A stretch of 64,000 bases of DNA from Patellaria atrata CBS 101060 (GCA_010093705.1 MU006091.1:744001-808000); one strand, 5' to 3'. Counted from the stretch's first letter, positions 50,334 to 62,160 are shown. Translations and numbers: made by a program. The notes: generated by a model not told the origin, from the sequence alone.

Positions 50334-51062
50334 TGTCGGGGAATTAGACGTTCAACTAAGAACGCCAAGGCTTCATACAAACTTGGACCCTTACTCTGAG
50401 CTTTCACCCGACGCTGAATCGAAAGTATCTTGGAATAGTATGTCTAATCGCTCAAAGTGAAGAAGAAAAAAAAGAAAGAAAGAAATTGTTCGTGTTAAAT
50501 CACACCTTGAAGAGGTTGCTGCTCTGGGAGATGTTGTGTTTGGGGGCCATAATCCAGCAATGACGTACATTTTGCACGGACCCTAGACACTCTCATGTCC
50601 CATACCTCATACCTCCGTAATCACATTGAGATACCTTTCCTATTATACCTGACTTGTACTTGTACAGTACAGTGTACTTATTCATAGTTACTTCCTGTAT
50701 CTCTATGTTACTCTGCTGCTACATTCTTCTACTCCGGATTCATTACATTCTATATCTTAATCTCAGCAAGGTCGTCCATAGCCTCTTACCGTACGTACTA
50801 GCTGTAATTGTCACTTGAAGGTATCACTTCAAATTCGAAGTAGACGAAATAAGGATATACATAGGACATGATTTGATTCCACTCCTGGGATAGAGAAACT
50901 CGAAGTGAAGACATGAAGTCGGTCGAGAATGAAGAAGATGGCACAAATATGTAAGTACGAGACAAATGTAGCATATAAAGGGGCTGAATTGAGAATGTAT
51001 GCCCCAAGCTAATCAAGAGAATTCCTCACAATGTTAGTGGACTAACCACTTGCCGGATACCA

Positions 51063-52059
51063 CTAAACTGACCTAGAAGATGAAGATTGCTCCGTCAACA
51101 ATTTCATCCAACTATCCCATATGCTATCCATTACACCATGAATCTCTGAACCGAAAGGAGATCGGTGGTGCCACACCATACCGAGCCTTTGAAAAAAGGA
51201 AAAGAGTGAATCCTTCGGGACAACGCCATTGTATGTGGATTGCCACCGAGCTGCCCACGATCCTGTTGCCAGTTTAGCCATGATTAATGTAGTACTTGAA
51301 ATGAAATCTTACCCTCGATTGGACCTAACTCAGCGAATCCAATAGCTTCAAGGACCCATGGCAATAAGAGGGCGAGGACTCCGAAGGCAATTACTGTGCA
51401 AAACACCGGATGGCTTTTGACGAAACCTCCAACCACATCTGCAGCATCGGAAGCTTTGTTGAATGCTTCTCGAACCGGAGAACTCATTTTGCGACCAGTT
51501 CGAATCGTCTTGTCCATAGCACTGACGATAGCTTTGGCTATTCGATGCTTTACACGCTGTTTTAAGTTGTCCACCTCGACCATTTGGTCTAGCTCCTCCT
51601 TTAGCTCTTTGCCGCTTTTCTCGGAGTTGTAAAGTAGGTTGACGACATCATTTGCGACTTTCACAGCGTCCTCCTCGGTAGCTGGGACATCTTTGATCTC
51701 AGTCCATTTGGGAACAGGTGATTTGCGGTCCCTGCCTCCCAGACAGCAGGTAAGCAGATCCATCGATGGATACGGCACGAGAAGACTTTGGATCCAGGGC
51801 TTCTAAGGATCACCTCATTAGCACTTACGCCGGGTTCTATCTTGTTTAACTTTCGTCAACATTGACCATTGCAACGAGAACATACCTTGTTCCCAGTATC
51901 TTTGGTCGAATAGTGGTGGTTAGGAAAACTTTGACGTGTGCAAGTTTTGGAAAGGACAACGGCTTCAGGTGTCACAAGGTGGGCTAAGAAAGACCTGTGT
52001 ATCAGACCACGTGCATGCGATCCAGTGCTTCCAAAAAGGTAAACGGGCAGTAACCTCAT
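51063..52059 (-). CDS. Hypothetical protein with an IFI6/IFI27-like C-terminal hydrophobic motif
   Basis: Exon 52059-51886 splices in frame to KPWIQSLLVPYPSM. Later HPVFCTVIAFGVL..GFAELGPIEG/SWAARWQS..VPKDSLFSFFQRLGM. Confidence 0.7.
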
Positions 52060-53323
52060 GTGTATTGTACCACTGTCATAGAGGTGTATTACAGTTGTAT
52101 GACACCCTTAAACAAACCGAACAGTTTTAGAATGAACAGAAGATATCCGCCTATTCGTTGGTGTGGTTACCTCTGCGGCTCCTATGCAGCAACACGAAGC
52201 GCTCGGTTCAGTTCGGCTCGGCTCGTCCCGGTCCGCAACCTGCATGAAGAACAACCTTACCTTTCAGCAGCAAATGACTAATAAACAATGGTGGGTGTAA
52301 GCGGATTCGCTATTATGTCGCTCCAAATTATTTTTAGTAATTCAACTGGCCATATTGACGCTACTTTTTCACCCAAGTGAGCTATAAGAGTATTTCCCCT
52401 TGGAGCCTTGTTAGAGATATCTGAGGAGGATCATTAAATGGTTATCACGAGGAAAAGAGAAGGTAATAGTCCATCAAGGTCGGATTCCTATAGTCCAGCG
52501 TTAACTTTCACCATATGCCCGTCATGACGGTAGATTCGATTCCCTAAAAACCTCTGTTCCTAAAGGGAATGAGCAAACAAAGCATCTTAGTCATGATCTT
52601 GAAAGTGACTGCAGGATCTCAAATCTTCAAGCAACTTGACGTTTGAGAAGAGAGCATAGAAGAAATAACATTCTTGTTCCCCACATACCCTTTAATACTA
52701 ATACCCTGGAGTACACAGATACATGCCAGAATGCAGGTGCACTCGCTCACTTAAGGAATGCTGGGGCGAAAGCTATACTGCAGTATCTTGAGAAGTACGG
52801 CAGACGCTAAGGGGATTTTGTGGAAGAGACATTGGTATCAGCGACCAGGATATGTCATGTTTGCAGCGTAGTTTTCCTATTTCTTAGCATCTAGAACCAT
52901 TTAATATTACGCAGAGATGAACGGATAGAGCATAAACAATAGTAGGGTTCGCCACGACTCACTTATTTATGTGCCCAGGTGCCTCCACGGTTCCTTAAAA
53001 CGGTGCAGAATTAATCCGGCCACGAAGTCAGCGCTACCACGGTTTGAAGTTCACGCCCTCGTCGAGTTCTCAATGATAGAATGTGACCTTCCCGGGGATC
53101 CACGGCCGGTAGGCTTTGAGTGTTAAATATCCAAGCGAAACTTGGGATACAAGACACATGAGGAATAAGATTGCGATGTATCAGCTTTTAATATTAGGTA
53201 GTTAGTAACTAGCTAATTTACCAGCGCACACCTGAACTACTCAAGGAGACGTTCTCATTCTACATAATAGAAATTCGCCAGCCCTAGAGCCTCAAATTTT
53301 GAGTTGATATTCAGGGGAAGCGC

Positions 53324-54479
53324 CTATGATGATTTTTTCAAACCATTGGACGCCTTCTCTAAATCCGCGGCCCATAATGCCGCACCTACGGTGTTGGTGA
53401 AAGAGAAGAATATTCCAGCGACAGGTACCATTTCAAGGAGAACAGCAGGAATACCGAAACTGTATAAGAACATTACCATCAGATATCGACGTTTTTCATA
53501 CCTTACAGAGCGTGAGGGGGCTATCTCGAGAGCTGGTCGGAATGCAACCTGGTACCATATCGTCTCTTCATAATAAAGTATACAAGCCAATGATGCGTGC
53601 ATTGAAGTGCGTTCAGGAAAGGATCACATACCTCGTATATGCAGCCTTTTTCTTTTCCACCCACGCTTCTCTCTGGCTCTTTGACATACCCTTAAGCTGG
53701 AAGTACCGGTCATGTGCCGTTGGACCGAATCTCCGACCTTGTAAGATTACGAACAATACGGTACCGACCACAGGGATGAAGTTCAAGGGCAAGTACATAA
53801 AGTACCTAATTATTGCCTTCGGCGTAAAGGATGCGAACGGGCGCTTGACAAGTTTACCCAGTTTGTCAATGGACGTTGGCCCTTGAACAAGTTCGCGACC
53901 TTTGGAAACTGTTTCAGGGAGGTTGCGGGATAAAAGCGTCTATTAAAAGAGTAAGCAACGTTCACTACATAACTTGTCGAGCTGTAGGAATTTTCCCATC
54001 TGGGTTGTGCACCGGGAGAGATTATTAAAACTGCACTTACGCCATCGAAGGTATCAACTAATGCTTCGTTGATAAGGAATGACTTGGCTAGCACATTAAA
54101 TAATGTGCTTGCTTCGCTCAGGACAAGCAGAACTGTTGTAACGACTGCGAGTGGACCATTGAAGATGGCAAGGACAGCAGCTTGCGGTACATATGTAACA
54201 GCAAACATAAAGGTTACGACACCAATACCGAGCGTGATAGTTGGGGCCAGTTGACGGAGGAGTGGCTTCCACAGGGACCGGTTGGTGAGAAAATATGCAA
54301 TGCCCTACAACCTGAGTAAGATAAATGAAAGAAAAAAGTGTAAGAGGATCTAGAGCATGAAGCTACGAGAACCTTACTTTGAGAGGATAAAGGTACGCGC
54401 CGGAACGGACAGCATCTGTAGCATGAGCTTTTGCAGCCTCAAAGTCTTCTTTTGCGACTTCCTTCACCCTGTCCGCCAT
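53324..54479 (-). CDS. EI24/Rrt8 (Lds) family membrane protein, 4 exons
   Basis: SGAYLYPL.GI.YF, YVPQAAVL, ALVDTFD, LNFIPVVGT, HDRYFQLKG, FG....LLEMVP....FF.FTNTVGAALWA. Confidence 0.85.
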
Positions 54480-54787
54480 GGTAATATCAGACTTATTTGT
54501 AGAAGAGGAGGCTTATGCCGAGAATAACGATTTATTTGTGTCGTGCGAGCTACGATTGGGAACGAAGGTCTTACTGAAGTTAATGTTTATTTTCACATGA
54601 AATTAAGGTTATGACTAGATCGACGGTGACGTCTATATGATATGACGTAAATCGTAGTTCTACCCAGGTCCCTCTTAGCAAAAGTACCACCTTCTGGAAT
54701 GCTTTCATACATATCACGGATCCTCGCAGAGATAACATGTAATGACTCTGCTAATGATCGAATTATGGTGCTGTACTTAAATCGTAG

Positions 54788-56080
54788 TCAAGGTAACGAA
54801 ATTCCATCCTCTCTTTTTGCCCCATCTTCTGGTAGAGTGTACCATTTAGCCTTCTCTTTCAACATAATATGTCTATCCAAATTTGGTAATTGGACAGTAA
54901 CGCTATCTTCATCAATTGAACCCATAGTCAAACTTATATCCTCTGCGTTTCCGTGATATGTCATTGAGATTGGTGAGCCACAGTTTTTGCAGAAGGATCT
55001 GGTTGCAACAGATGTTACGTTCTGAAGTTCATGGGCTGTCGAATGCTCGAATGTAACACCAGCAGACTTGAGATCAACAAAGGGCAAAAACGGTCCACCA
55101 GAAAGTTTCTGACACGTGAAGCAATGGCAGTAAGTTGCTTGAGATGGCACCACACTTGCTGAATACCGAACTTTCCCACACCGACATCCTCCGATGAAAG
55201 CGGGTATCGCTACCATATCTTCCTCCGAAAGCCGTATATTCAAGATATTTCGGGCTAGGATAACATTCACTCCGTTGACTTCCTCAATCTCGCCGTCTAC
55301 TGCAAGTCGTGCCCATTCACTTTGATATATTCTCAAAGCCGTGCTCTGATGTTGTACAAGATACTGCAATGTCCTGTCGCTTGGGAACTTCTCGGTATCA
55401 TCGCCCACCAATTTCTCAAATTCGGTAATTCCATCTTCAATATCATAATAGCGTGGGCTCTGTCCGAATTGTTCGATGAAGGTGGTTCTCTCTACAGCGA
55501 AACCTGCTGATTTTAACACCTGGGGAAGAGAGTCCTCAGACACAAGCCACGAGCAATCGCCACCACCACTGAATCCTAGGCGGTTCAGGGTCCTTTCATA
55601 AGCCGTAGCCTTTACTAGAGATTTGTGATGGGGGATAACTACTAGAAGATATCCTCCTGACTTAATGAATTTCTTCCATCGGATGACGCTGCTGAAGGGA
55701 TCATCAACTAGAATACGCTCATCAGCACAGATTACGAGATCAAAATTTTTCTCTCCAAGTATATTCAAAGACTCGAGATCCAGAATGTCATGCTTCAAGA
55801 ATTCCACATTGGAGTACCGCACAGAATCCCGACTTTTACAACTGATAGCTTTCTCGAACTTGTCATTACTAGTATCAATTCCGATAACTTGGCCGGTAGG
55901 TCCAACGTCGGTGGATGCCAGAAAGCTCACCTGGCCTGTCCCGCAGGCTATATCAAGGATTCGTTGTCCCGGTTTGATTGTAACTGATGATAGAACTTTT
56001 TTCTTCAGAATCGTGTACCACGTATCTCGAGCATCCGTGACATGGTCATGGTTCATAGGCTGTGCTTGACTAGAGGCCAT
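54788..56080 (-). CDS. Class I SAM-dependent methyltransferase fused to a C-terminal GFA/CENP-V (Mss4-like) Zn domain
   Basis: Single 430-aa ORF. ILDIACGTG, VIGID, FDLV and KSGG.L, followed by GGCRCGKVRY..CHCFTCQK..RSFCKNCGS..HI...EKAKWY. Confidence 0.88.
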   Translation of the reverse strand: MASSQAQPMNHDHVTDARDTWYTILKKKVLSSVTIKPGQRILDIACGTGQVSFLASTDVGPTGQVIGIDTSNDKFEKAISCKSRDSVRYSNVEFLKHDILDLESLNILGEKNFDLVICADERILVDDPFSSVIRWKKFIKSGGYLLVVIPHHKSLVKATAYERTLNRLGFSGGGDCSWLVSEDSLPQVLKSAGFAVERTTFIEQFGQSPRYYDIEDGITEFEKLVGDDTEKFPSDRTLQYLVQHQSTALRIYQSEWARLAVDGEIEEVNGVNVILARNILNIRLSEEDMVAIPAFIGGCRCGKVRYSASVVPSQATYCHCFTCQKLSGGPFLPFVDLKSAGVTFEHSTAHELQNVTSVATRSFCKNCGSPISMTYHGNAEDISLTMGSIDEDSVTVQLPNLDRHIMLKEKAKWYTLPEDGAKREDGISLP

Positions 56081-56756
56081 CTTGATTCAAAGTCAGGCAC
56101 TTAAGTTCTGTTCTCTGGTCTGAACAAACAACAACACGAACAACGCAGAGAGAAATTTTGTCGATATAAAGTAGAGTGTTGTAGCTACTCGTAGGGAGAA
56201 AGTTGGAACCGAATAACCTACATCGTTCAACAAGTATATAATAACCGTCAAGTCTCTGACAGAAATATCATTGTACCTTATGCTCCAGCGCGTGCAAAGG
56301 GCGTGTGGGCGGGCTTCTACAGTACAGCGGAGTAGCGCAATGCCGTACAGAATAATACCCTATCCGAGCTCCTACGCCACTGTAGGTCTCTAATGGATGA
56401 GATGTCTGTCGCTTGTTTATTTTTTTGTTGTTTACTGTAGGTTTTCGTCAGTTTGTTTCATGATGAGATTGTTATTCAAGGTTTCCCCTGCCAGCCACCT
56501 CCACAAACCCGCCATCCCACCTCCCCGTCACTTCGCCATCCAATTTTTGGAACAATACAAAGCAAGCTGCACCACCTCAAGCTTAGAATTTCAACATCTC
56601 ACTGCTCACCCTCCTCCCATTGTCCGTTATCTACTAATTGTATATTCGTACTAATCTACTTGCCTATATATCTCCACATTCCTCCTCCGTCCCTGGCGAG
56701 AATTCCATTCACCTTACATTCCACAACTGACCGCCCTTTGGTGCACACGTAGCAGC

Positions 56757-58319
56757 ATGACCTACAATTCGCACTTCACCAACGCTCTCCCGACTCTTCC
56801 ACCTTCCTCACATTCGAGCACGATCTCCTGCTCACCTTCTTCCCCATTCAGAGTACAGGACCCAGTCCGTCAAAGTCCACAATCTATTCATTTGAACAGC
56901 CAACTCGACCACAATGGGTTCGAAGATATCATCCTAGCTCCTCCCACAGCTGTTGCATACAAATCTCAAACCAAGGTGATCAAGCAGCCCACAGTTGATT
57001 GTGACGGCTCAATCGGGCGAAATCCACAGCACCAACGCTCTCTGACGAATACATTCTTCGACAACTGCAGACCTTTAGTCAGTTCGGCACAGAACTCCAT
57101 AACTTCTATCGGCAGCCAGGTAGACAGACCTAGTATACAGAACGCCAAAAAATCGTGGTCAAAATTCATATCATCTCGCACTCCAGCGTCTGAGGGAAAA
57201 GACTCAAGCAAGATAAACCCAAAGGCGTTTGGAGATTGGTTTACCGGGACTTGTGCACCAGTGAGCTTCGGTGTGGTCCATTCACCACAAAGTCGACGTG
57301 AGGTGGATAGAGAATCGGAGGATCAAACCTCGGACTCGGAAGACGAAATGGATATTGTCTGCAAAAGCAGACTTTCATCTAGACCTACAACTCCTCGCAA
57401 ATCGACAGCACCATCCACGATTGGCAAGTTTCCTTGGTTTGGTTCCAAGGCTTCATCTGCACCAATTCGTGCACCCGATAAGCCTGAGGATGATCTCTTA
57501 GACTTGAACATCGATCACGAGCTCTTTCCCAACGGCTCGGTTGATCCTCTGGCCCCCAGCTCTTTTCACGACTTGCTTGATAATGCTGAGAAGTTAATCT
57601 TGCGGCTTCAAGAAGCTTACAAATCAAAGTGCGAAGAGCTTTGGGATGCGGAAGGCGAGGAGAGCGTTTTAGAAGAGGAGCTTGAGGAAGCAGACACGCG
57701 TGCGCGCCATCTAAAAATTCAACTGGATGACATGGCTGCAAAAGCAATAGAGCAAGACAGGGCGATGAAAGCACTATCTGACGAACTTGCGCTGGAGAGG
57801 CTGAGGAGAAGGGAGGAGGAAGACGCACGAAGGCGTAGCGTTGTAATGGTTCGGAGTCCTCTCTCGCATGGGCACGTACCCATAAGTTCAAAGCATCGCA
57901 GTAGGGGAAGCGCAGCTAGCACTGTGGATTCCGGTTTTGAATCTGAGGGTGAAAGCTGTGCCGATAGCATTCTTTCAAGGGACGGTTTGCTCTCATCACC
58001 AACTAGGTCGCTTTCTCCCTGTGGCGATGCGGACGTGACGCCAAAGTCGAAAGGGACAAATCCACCAGCAACCTTAAAAAGATCATCGACTTACGACAAA
58101 GTGTTGAAGTCAATGCCTCACCATCAATCGCCCCTTGAGGAAGAGAAAACCGAGGATCAACATCGGACCTGTAGCAACTGCAACGGAGGAAATCAGTTAT
58201 CTGCGTGGAGCACAGTCTCTACACTGCGAGATCAGAATAAACAACTAAACAAAAGGGTTCAGGAGTTGGAAAATACGGTTGATGGATGTCTGGATCTTGT
58301 TGCAGGGCTGGGTCTCTAA
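56757..58319 (+). CDS. Hypothetical Ser-rich coiled-coil protein
   Basis: 520-aa ORF with heptad-like segment EELEEADTRARHLKIQL, DSGFES, and C-terminal CSNC..LRDQN..L..RV.ELE..VDGCLDLV. Confidence 0.75.
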   Translation: MTYNSHFTNALPTLPPSSHSSTISCSPSSPFRVQDPVRQSPQSIHLNSQLDHNGFEDIILAPPTAVAYKSQTKVIKQPTVDCDGSIGRNPQHQRSLTNTFFDNCRPLVSSAQNSITSIGSQVDRPSIQNAKKSWSKFISSRTPASEGKDSSKINPKAFGDWFTGTCAPVSFGVVHSPQSRREVDRESEDQTSDSEDEMDIVCKSRLSSRPTTPRKSTAPSTIGKFPWFGSKASSAPIRAPDKPEDDLLDLNIDHELFPNGSVDPLAPSSFHDLLDNAEKLILRLQEAYKSKCEELWDAEGEESVLEEELEEADTRARHLKIQLDDMAAKAIEQDRAMKALSDELALERLRRREEEDARRRSVVMVRSPLSHGHVPISSKHRSRGSAASTVDSGFESEGESCADSILSRDGLLSSPTRSLSPCGDADVTPKSKGTNPPATLKRSSTYDKVLKSMPHHQSPLEEEKTEDQHRTCSNCNGGNQLSAWSTVSTLRDQNKQLNKRVQELENTVDGCLDLVAGLGL

Positions 58320-58913
58320 TAATCTGTAAAGCATAGCAATTGGCGTAACATCGATATCACAAACTCGCATTTGGTCAAACCTTTCTGGTTGCTCAATAAA
58401 ACAATTGCTTGATTGATTAGACTTGTGCCAGATCCTATCATCATGTTTCCCATGAGCAGCTTGCGAATGGTGCCTGTGGTGCGGTATGAGCTTGATTTCG
58501 GCTTCCCGAGCCGAACTTATACACCGCCACAGGCGCTAGTTCTAACGCCCCAGCCACGATATCTACGCCACAAGCATGCCAGCCACCTCACCCAGGAACC
58601 CCAACCTCTTTTTAGAGAACCTGGAATAAGTTGTGCTGATATTCTTGGATATTCACTCGTAGACTCATCGTTCTTCCACCAACTGCTGTAGAACGGTATA
58701 AGGCTTTTCCCAAAGATATCTGTGTCGTTCCCAAATCAGCAGCACCTGGGGAGGAAAATGAAGCTTACTCACTATAAATTCTAAATTGAACAAATTCCTT
58801 ATTAAATGTGTCATGAGCATACATAGTATCTGTTATACCTTCAGATACATCGCGAGCTGCATATAGTATTGATGATAATTCACAATACTGACCATCTAGA
58901 ATTTCACCTGGAT

Positions 58914-60608
58914 ATGACGTTCCTTCATACACCAGAGCGTCTACTAGGCCGCTCCGACTCGAAGAATCCTGCTACGACGTGTAAAGGAATCACTACCAGC
59001 GGTCGGCCATGTAGACGTGAACTGGCAGCATTAAAGGCTCGTAGAAATGGTGGTGATTTCGATGATGATGAAGGTGGCGTACTTGCAGTTGTAGAAGTTG
59101 ATGATTCAGGAGAAGGAGCAGGAGCTTTCTTTTGCTGGCAACATAAAGACCAAGCTGAAAGCTTGATAACCGCTGATACAGTTCCTGGAGAAGAGTCTAC
59201 GAGCAAAGCGGAAACTGGAGAGAACAGAAGACTAAAGAGGAGACCGACGACGATTGTACCTCTCAGGGAAAGGAACAGCATTGATACTCTGTTCGGAAAA
59301 CTAGGGGTCCTAGCTGAGGGCACTCCGCCACCCCAACGATTGCGAGAGGAAAGGTATCAACGAGAGAGTAGACGAAGGCCGAGTCGAAGACCGCCAACTT
59401 GGGAAAAGATACAGGGTCCGCTCATCGCTGTACCAGGGGATGTTATGGCTGCCGGTGCACAACACATACAGCCACAGTCATCAGAGGCCAGAAATGAAAA
59501 AGGGAATGATAGAGCGAAGAAGAAGCCTGGATTCTGGGCGTCACTTTGTTGTGCAGTCACCGTGGATGAAGATTACGTCGAGGTAGTCAGACACAGAAAG
59601 AGGAGAGAGGATTCCAACCGACCCGAGGCGTCCACGACTCTTCCATTTGCTGCATACGTCGCCCAGAAGGACAGTCTCCAGCCAGTCCGAGCCGATAGGG
59701 ACGCTTCAGATCATTATGGCCGACGCCCGTCCCAGGGGGTCTCCCGTGACCAGTCTTCATACGAGCAACGCCCAGCACTAAAAATCAATGTTCCTCCTAC
59801 CCGGAAAGCTCTGGCACCGAAAGCCGCAAGACCTTCAAACAAACAATCTCCCCCATCAGAGACTACTCGTCTCCTTTCGCTGATTCCCAAATCCCTGTCG
59901 CCAACCACAACGTCGCTGTTGCTTGCCGAACTCTCCAAACCCATCTCTCCTCACGATGATCATGGTTACATCTACATGTTCTGGCTTACCGACTCTGACA
60001 AAGTACCCGACGAAGAAGCAGCAAACCTCCTTCTCCCACAATCCAGCAAAGCAGGTAACCGAAGACCCAGTGACTCTCTTCGTGATTATCGGTCCAGGAA
60101 GGACATTGCCTCAAACGTGCCACCGGGGAAGAAGACAGTCCTACTCAAAATCGGGCGAGCGAGCAACGTCCACAGACGTATGAGTGAATGGAATCGCCAG
60201 TGCGGGTACAATCTGAGCCTCGTACGCTTCTACCCCTATGTCTCATCTTCGCCATCGCCCTCGACCAACAAGTCTGCGAACACAAGTTTAAGACCATCAC
60301 CTAAAGGTTCGCGGAGGCCATCTTTACAACCTACGCCAAACGATACTCGGGAACAGCATCAGCATCGCAGGCTTTCAGACCTTGGTCCTGGAACGACGCA
60401 AGGTCAGGTGAGGAGAGTTCCGCATGTGCATAGGGTCGAGAGACTTATACACATTGAACTTGGGGACAAGAGAGTCAAGCAGAGTTGTGACACATGCGGG
60501 AAGGAGCATAGGGAGTGGTTCGAAGTTGAGGCGAGTGGGGATGGTGTTCGCACTGTGGACGAAGTGATTCGGCGGTGGGTCTCTTGGGCCGAAAATAGGG
60601 ATGTTTAA
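58914..60608 (+). CDS. DUF1766 / T5orf172 (MUG113, GIY-YIG-like) domain protein
   Basis: CKGIT.SGRPCRR and FCWQHKDQ at the N-terminus; GYIYMF, LLKIGRASNVHRRM.EW..QC, VERLIHIEL, C..CGKEHREWF. Confidence 0.85.
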   Translation: MTFLHTPERLLGRSDSKNPATTCKGITTSGRPCRRELAALKARRNGGDFDDDEGGVLAVVEVDDSGEGAGAFFCWQHKDQAESLITADTVPGEESTSKAETGENRRLKRRPTTIVPLRERNSIDTLFGKLGVLAEGTPPPQRLREERYQRESRRRPSRRPPTWEKIQGPLIAVPGDVMAAGAQHIQPQSSEARNEKGNDRAKKKPGFWASLCCAVTVDEDYVEVVRHRKRREDSNRPEASTTLPFAAYVAQKDSLQPVRADRDASDHYGRRPSQGVSRDQSSYEQRPALKINVPPTRKALAPKAARPSNKQSPPSETTRLLSLIPKSLSPTTTSLLLAELSKPISPHDDHGYIYMFWLTDSDKVPDEEAANLLLPQSSKAGNRRPSDSLRDYRSRKDIASNVPPGKKTVLLKIGRASNVHRRMSEWNRQCGYNLSLVRFYPYVSSSPSPSTNKSANTSLRPSPKGSRRPSLQPTPNDTREQHQHRRLSDLGPGTTQGQVRRVPHVHRVERLIHIELGDKRVKQSCDTCGKEHREWFEVEASGDGVRTVDEVIRRWVSWAENRDV

Positions 60609-61068
60609 GGGTATTCATTACAGCAAATATACCCGATTTATTGAAGCAACTTATGACATAATTATGAACGTACAGTATGAATTAAACTACAGAGTGCCAA
60701 AATACTTCAAAACCCCCTTTTATTTGTATGAGACGTGAATATTTACGTTCTTTGATAAGCGGAATGTCGCACTTTCCATGATCCAGGCTAAGAACTATAC
60801 ACTACTAGACTTTTTAACCTATCGTTTGGGAACTTTCCAGATGCGTATCTCGTAACCAAATAACTTCAAGTCGAATCAGTCCTTATCACCAGTCTGGCTA
60901 ATCCCAGCACTCATGCTCTACGCACCTATGCCCCATACAGACCTTCTATAAGGAAGTATCGAGATCAAGGGAGCGGAGTCTCTCTATCATCGGGCTAGCC
61001 CATCGAGTCCTCAGTCAATGGGTGATATCCAGCTTTCATCCGTTTCGAATGTTCTATCGAGCATAACC

Positions 61069-61638
61069 TCACGAGCCCTCCTCCGCCCTTCTCTCTGCAT
61101 CAGTACCCTCCTGAGCTTGCACCGCCTTCAATTCATCCGTCCTGATCTGGTTTCTCTTTACTAAAATCCTCATCGTATTCCTCTTTTCGATCTCCGACAT
61201 CTCCGCCCAATTCGATATACGACTCAGTGTGCCGTCCTTATTGACAACCAACGGCCCCAAGTGATCCATAGAGATACTTCCACTACCACTGCTCATATCG
61301 ATTTTGTTCGTTGAAGCATCCTCTGGTGCGGGGAGGGGAAGAGGAGTTTGCGTTTGGATGTGGTTTGGGTCTCCTTGAGATTCGATGTTGCCCGCAGATG
61401 CTAGGGCGGGGTTGTCTGAAGGGCCAGAAGTGCTCATTTTGGGGTAGACAAGTGGGGAGTTATTTGAGTACTTGCGAGGAATCAAGTTGTGTGCTAGTAG
61501 CGAAACCCGGGTGAACATCCACTGAGTATTGTGGCAGAGGGAGGAGGCTGCGTCGTGGTATATGAGGAATGGAGCAGTAATGGCGAGAATGAGCACGAGT
61601 ATGGAGATGATTGTTTGTTGTTTACCTTTGAGATACAT
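61069..61638 (-). CDS. Small conserved fungal protein of unknown function (alternative start at 61437)
   Basis: PLPLPAP and DHLGPLVVNKDGTLSRISNWAEMSEIEK..TMRIL.KRN..R motif. Confidence 0.75.
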   Translation of the reverse strand: MYLKGKQQTIISILVLILAITAPFLIYHDAASSLCHNTQWMFTRVSLLAHNLIPRKYSNNSPLVYPKMSTSGPSDNPALASAGNIESQGDPNHIQTQTPLPLPAPEDASTNKIDMSSGSGSISMDHLGPLVVNKDGTLSRISNWAEMSEIEKRNTMRILVKRNQIRTDELKAVQAQEGTDAERRAEEGS

Positions 61639-61713
61639 CAGGTTTTTGTAATAGCATTGAGCTTGTTGTGGGACGAGAGGCAGTGTCTATTGGTGACATA
61701 AGGTCCGCCCTTT

Positions 61714-61728
61714 CGAAGGTTCGGGAAC
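61714..61728. promoter_or_regulatory. Perfect three-unit heat-shock element
   Basis: cGAAggTTCggGAAc (nGAAn-nTTCn-nGAAn), about 76 bp upstream of the ATG at 61638. Confidence 0.5.
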
Positions 61729-62160
61729 CTGAAGGGTGAAGGCCAAAAGGAGAGTTGGGGTTCTGAGCTAGTAGTCAAACTCTTTCTTCTTTGCTGAAAT
61801 AGACATCATATAATGATAATATGCTATGCATTTGTATACTCTATACTGTAGACTTAATAATCACATACTGTACCGTCGAAAGTGTGTCTGAAACCACAAG
61901 AATTGAGGGGCAGAAAGAGGGAGGTTTTACCGCGACCCTCGCTCACCTTCGGTTTCTTGTACAGCACAGCACTTATTTACCTACCTTAGATAATTTTCCT
62001 AGATTTAGACAGCCCATATATATCATCCGGCAGACCAAATGGGACTAACAAGTTTATGACCCTTCAAAAGGTGACAGCTATGGTGCAGTCATGGGTATTC
62101 AGGAGATTGCGGAGTATGGTCCAGTTACTGGATACAGTTTCTGTCATATCCTACAGAGTT

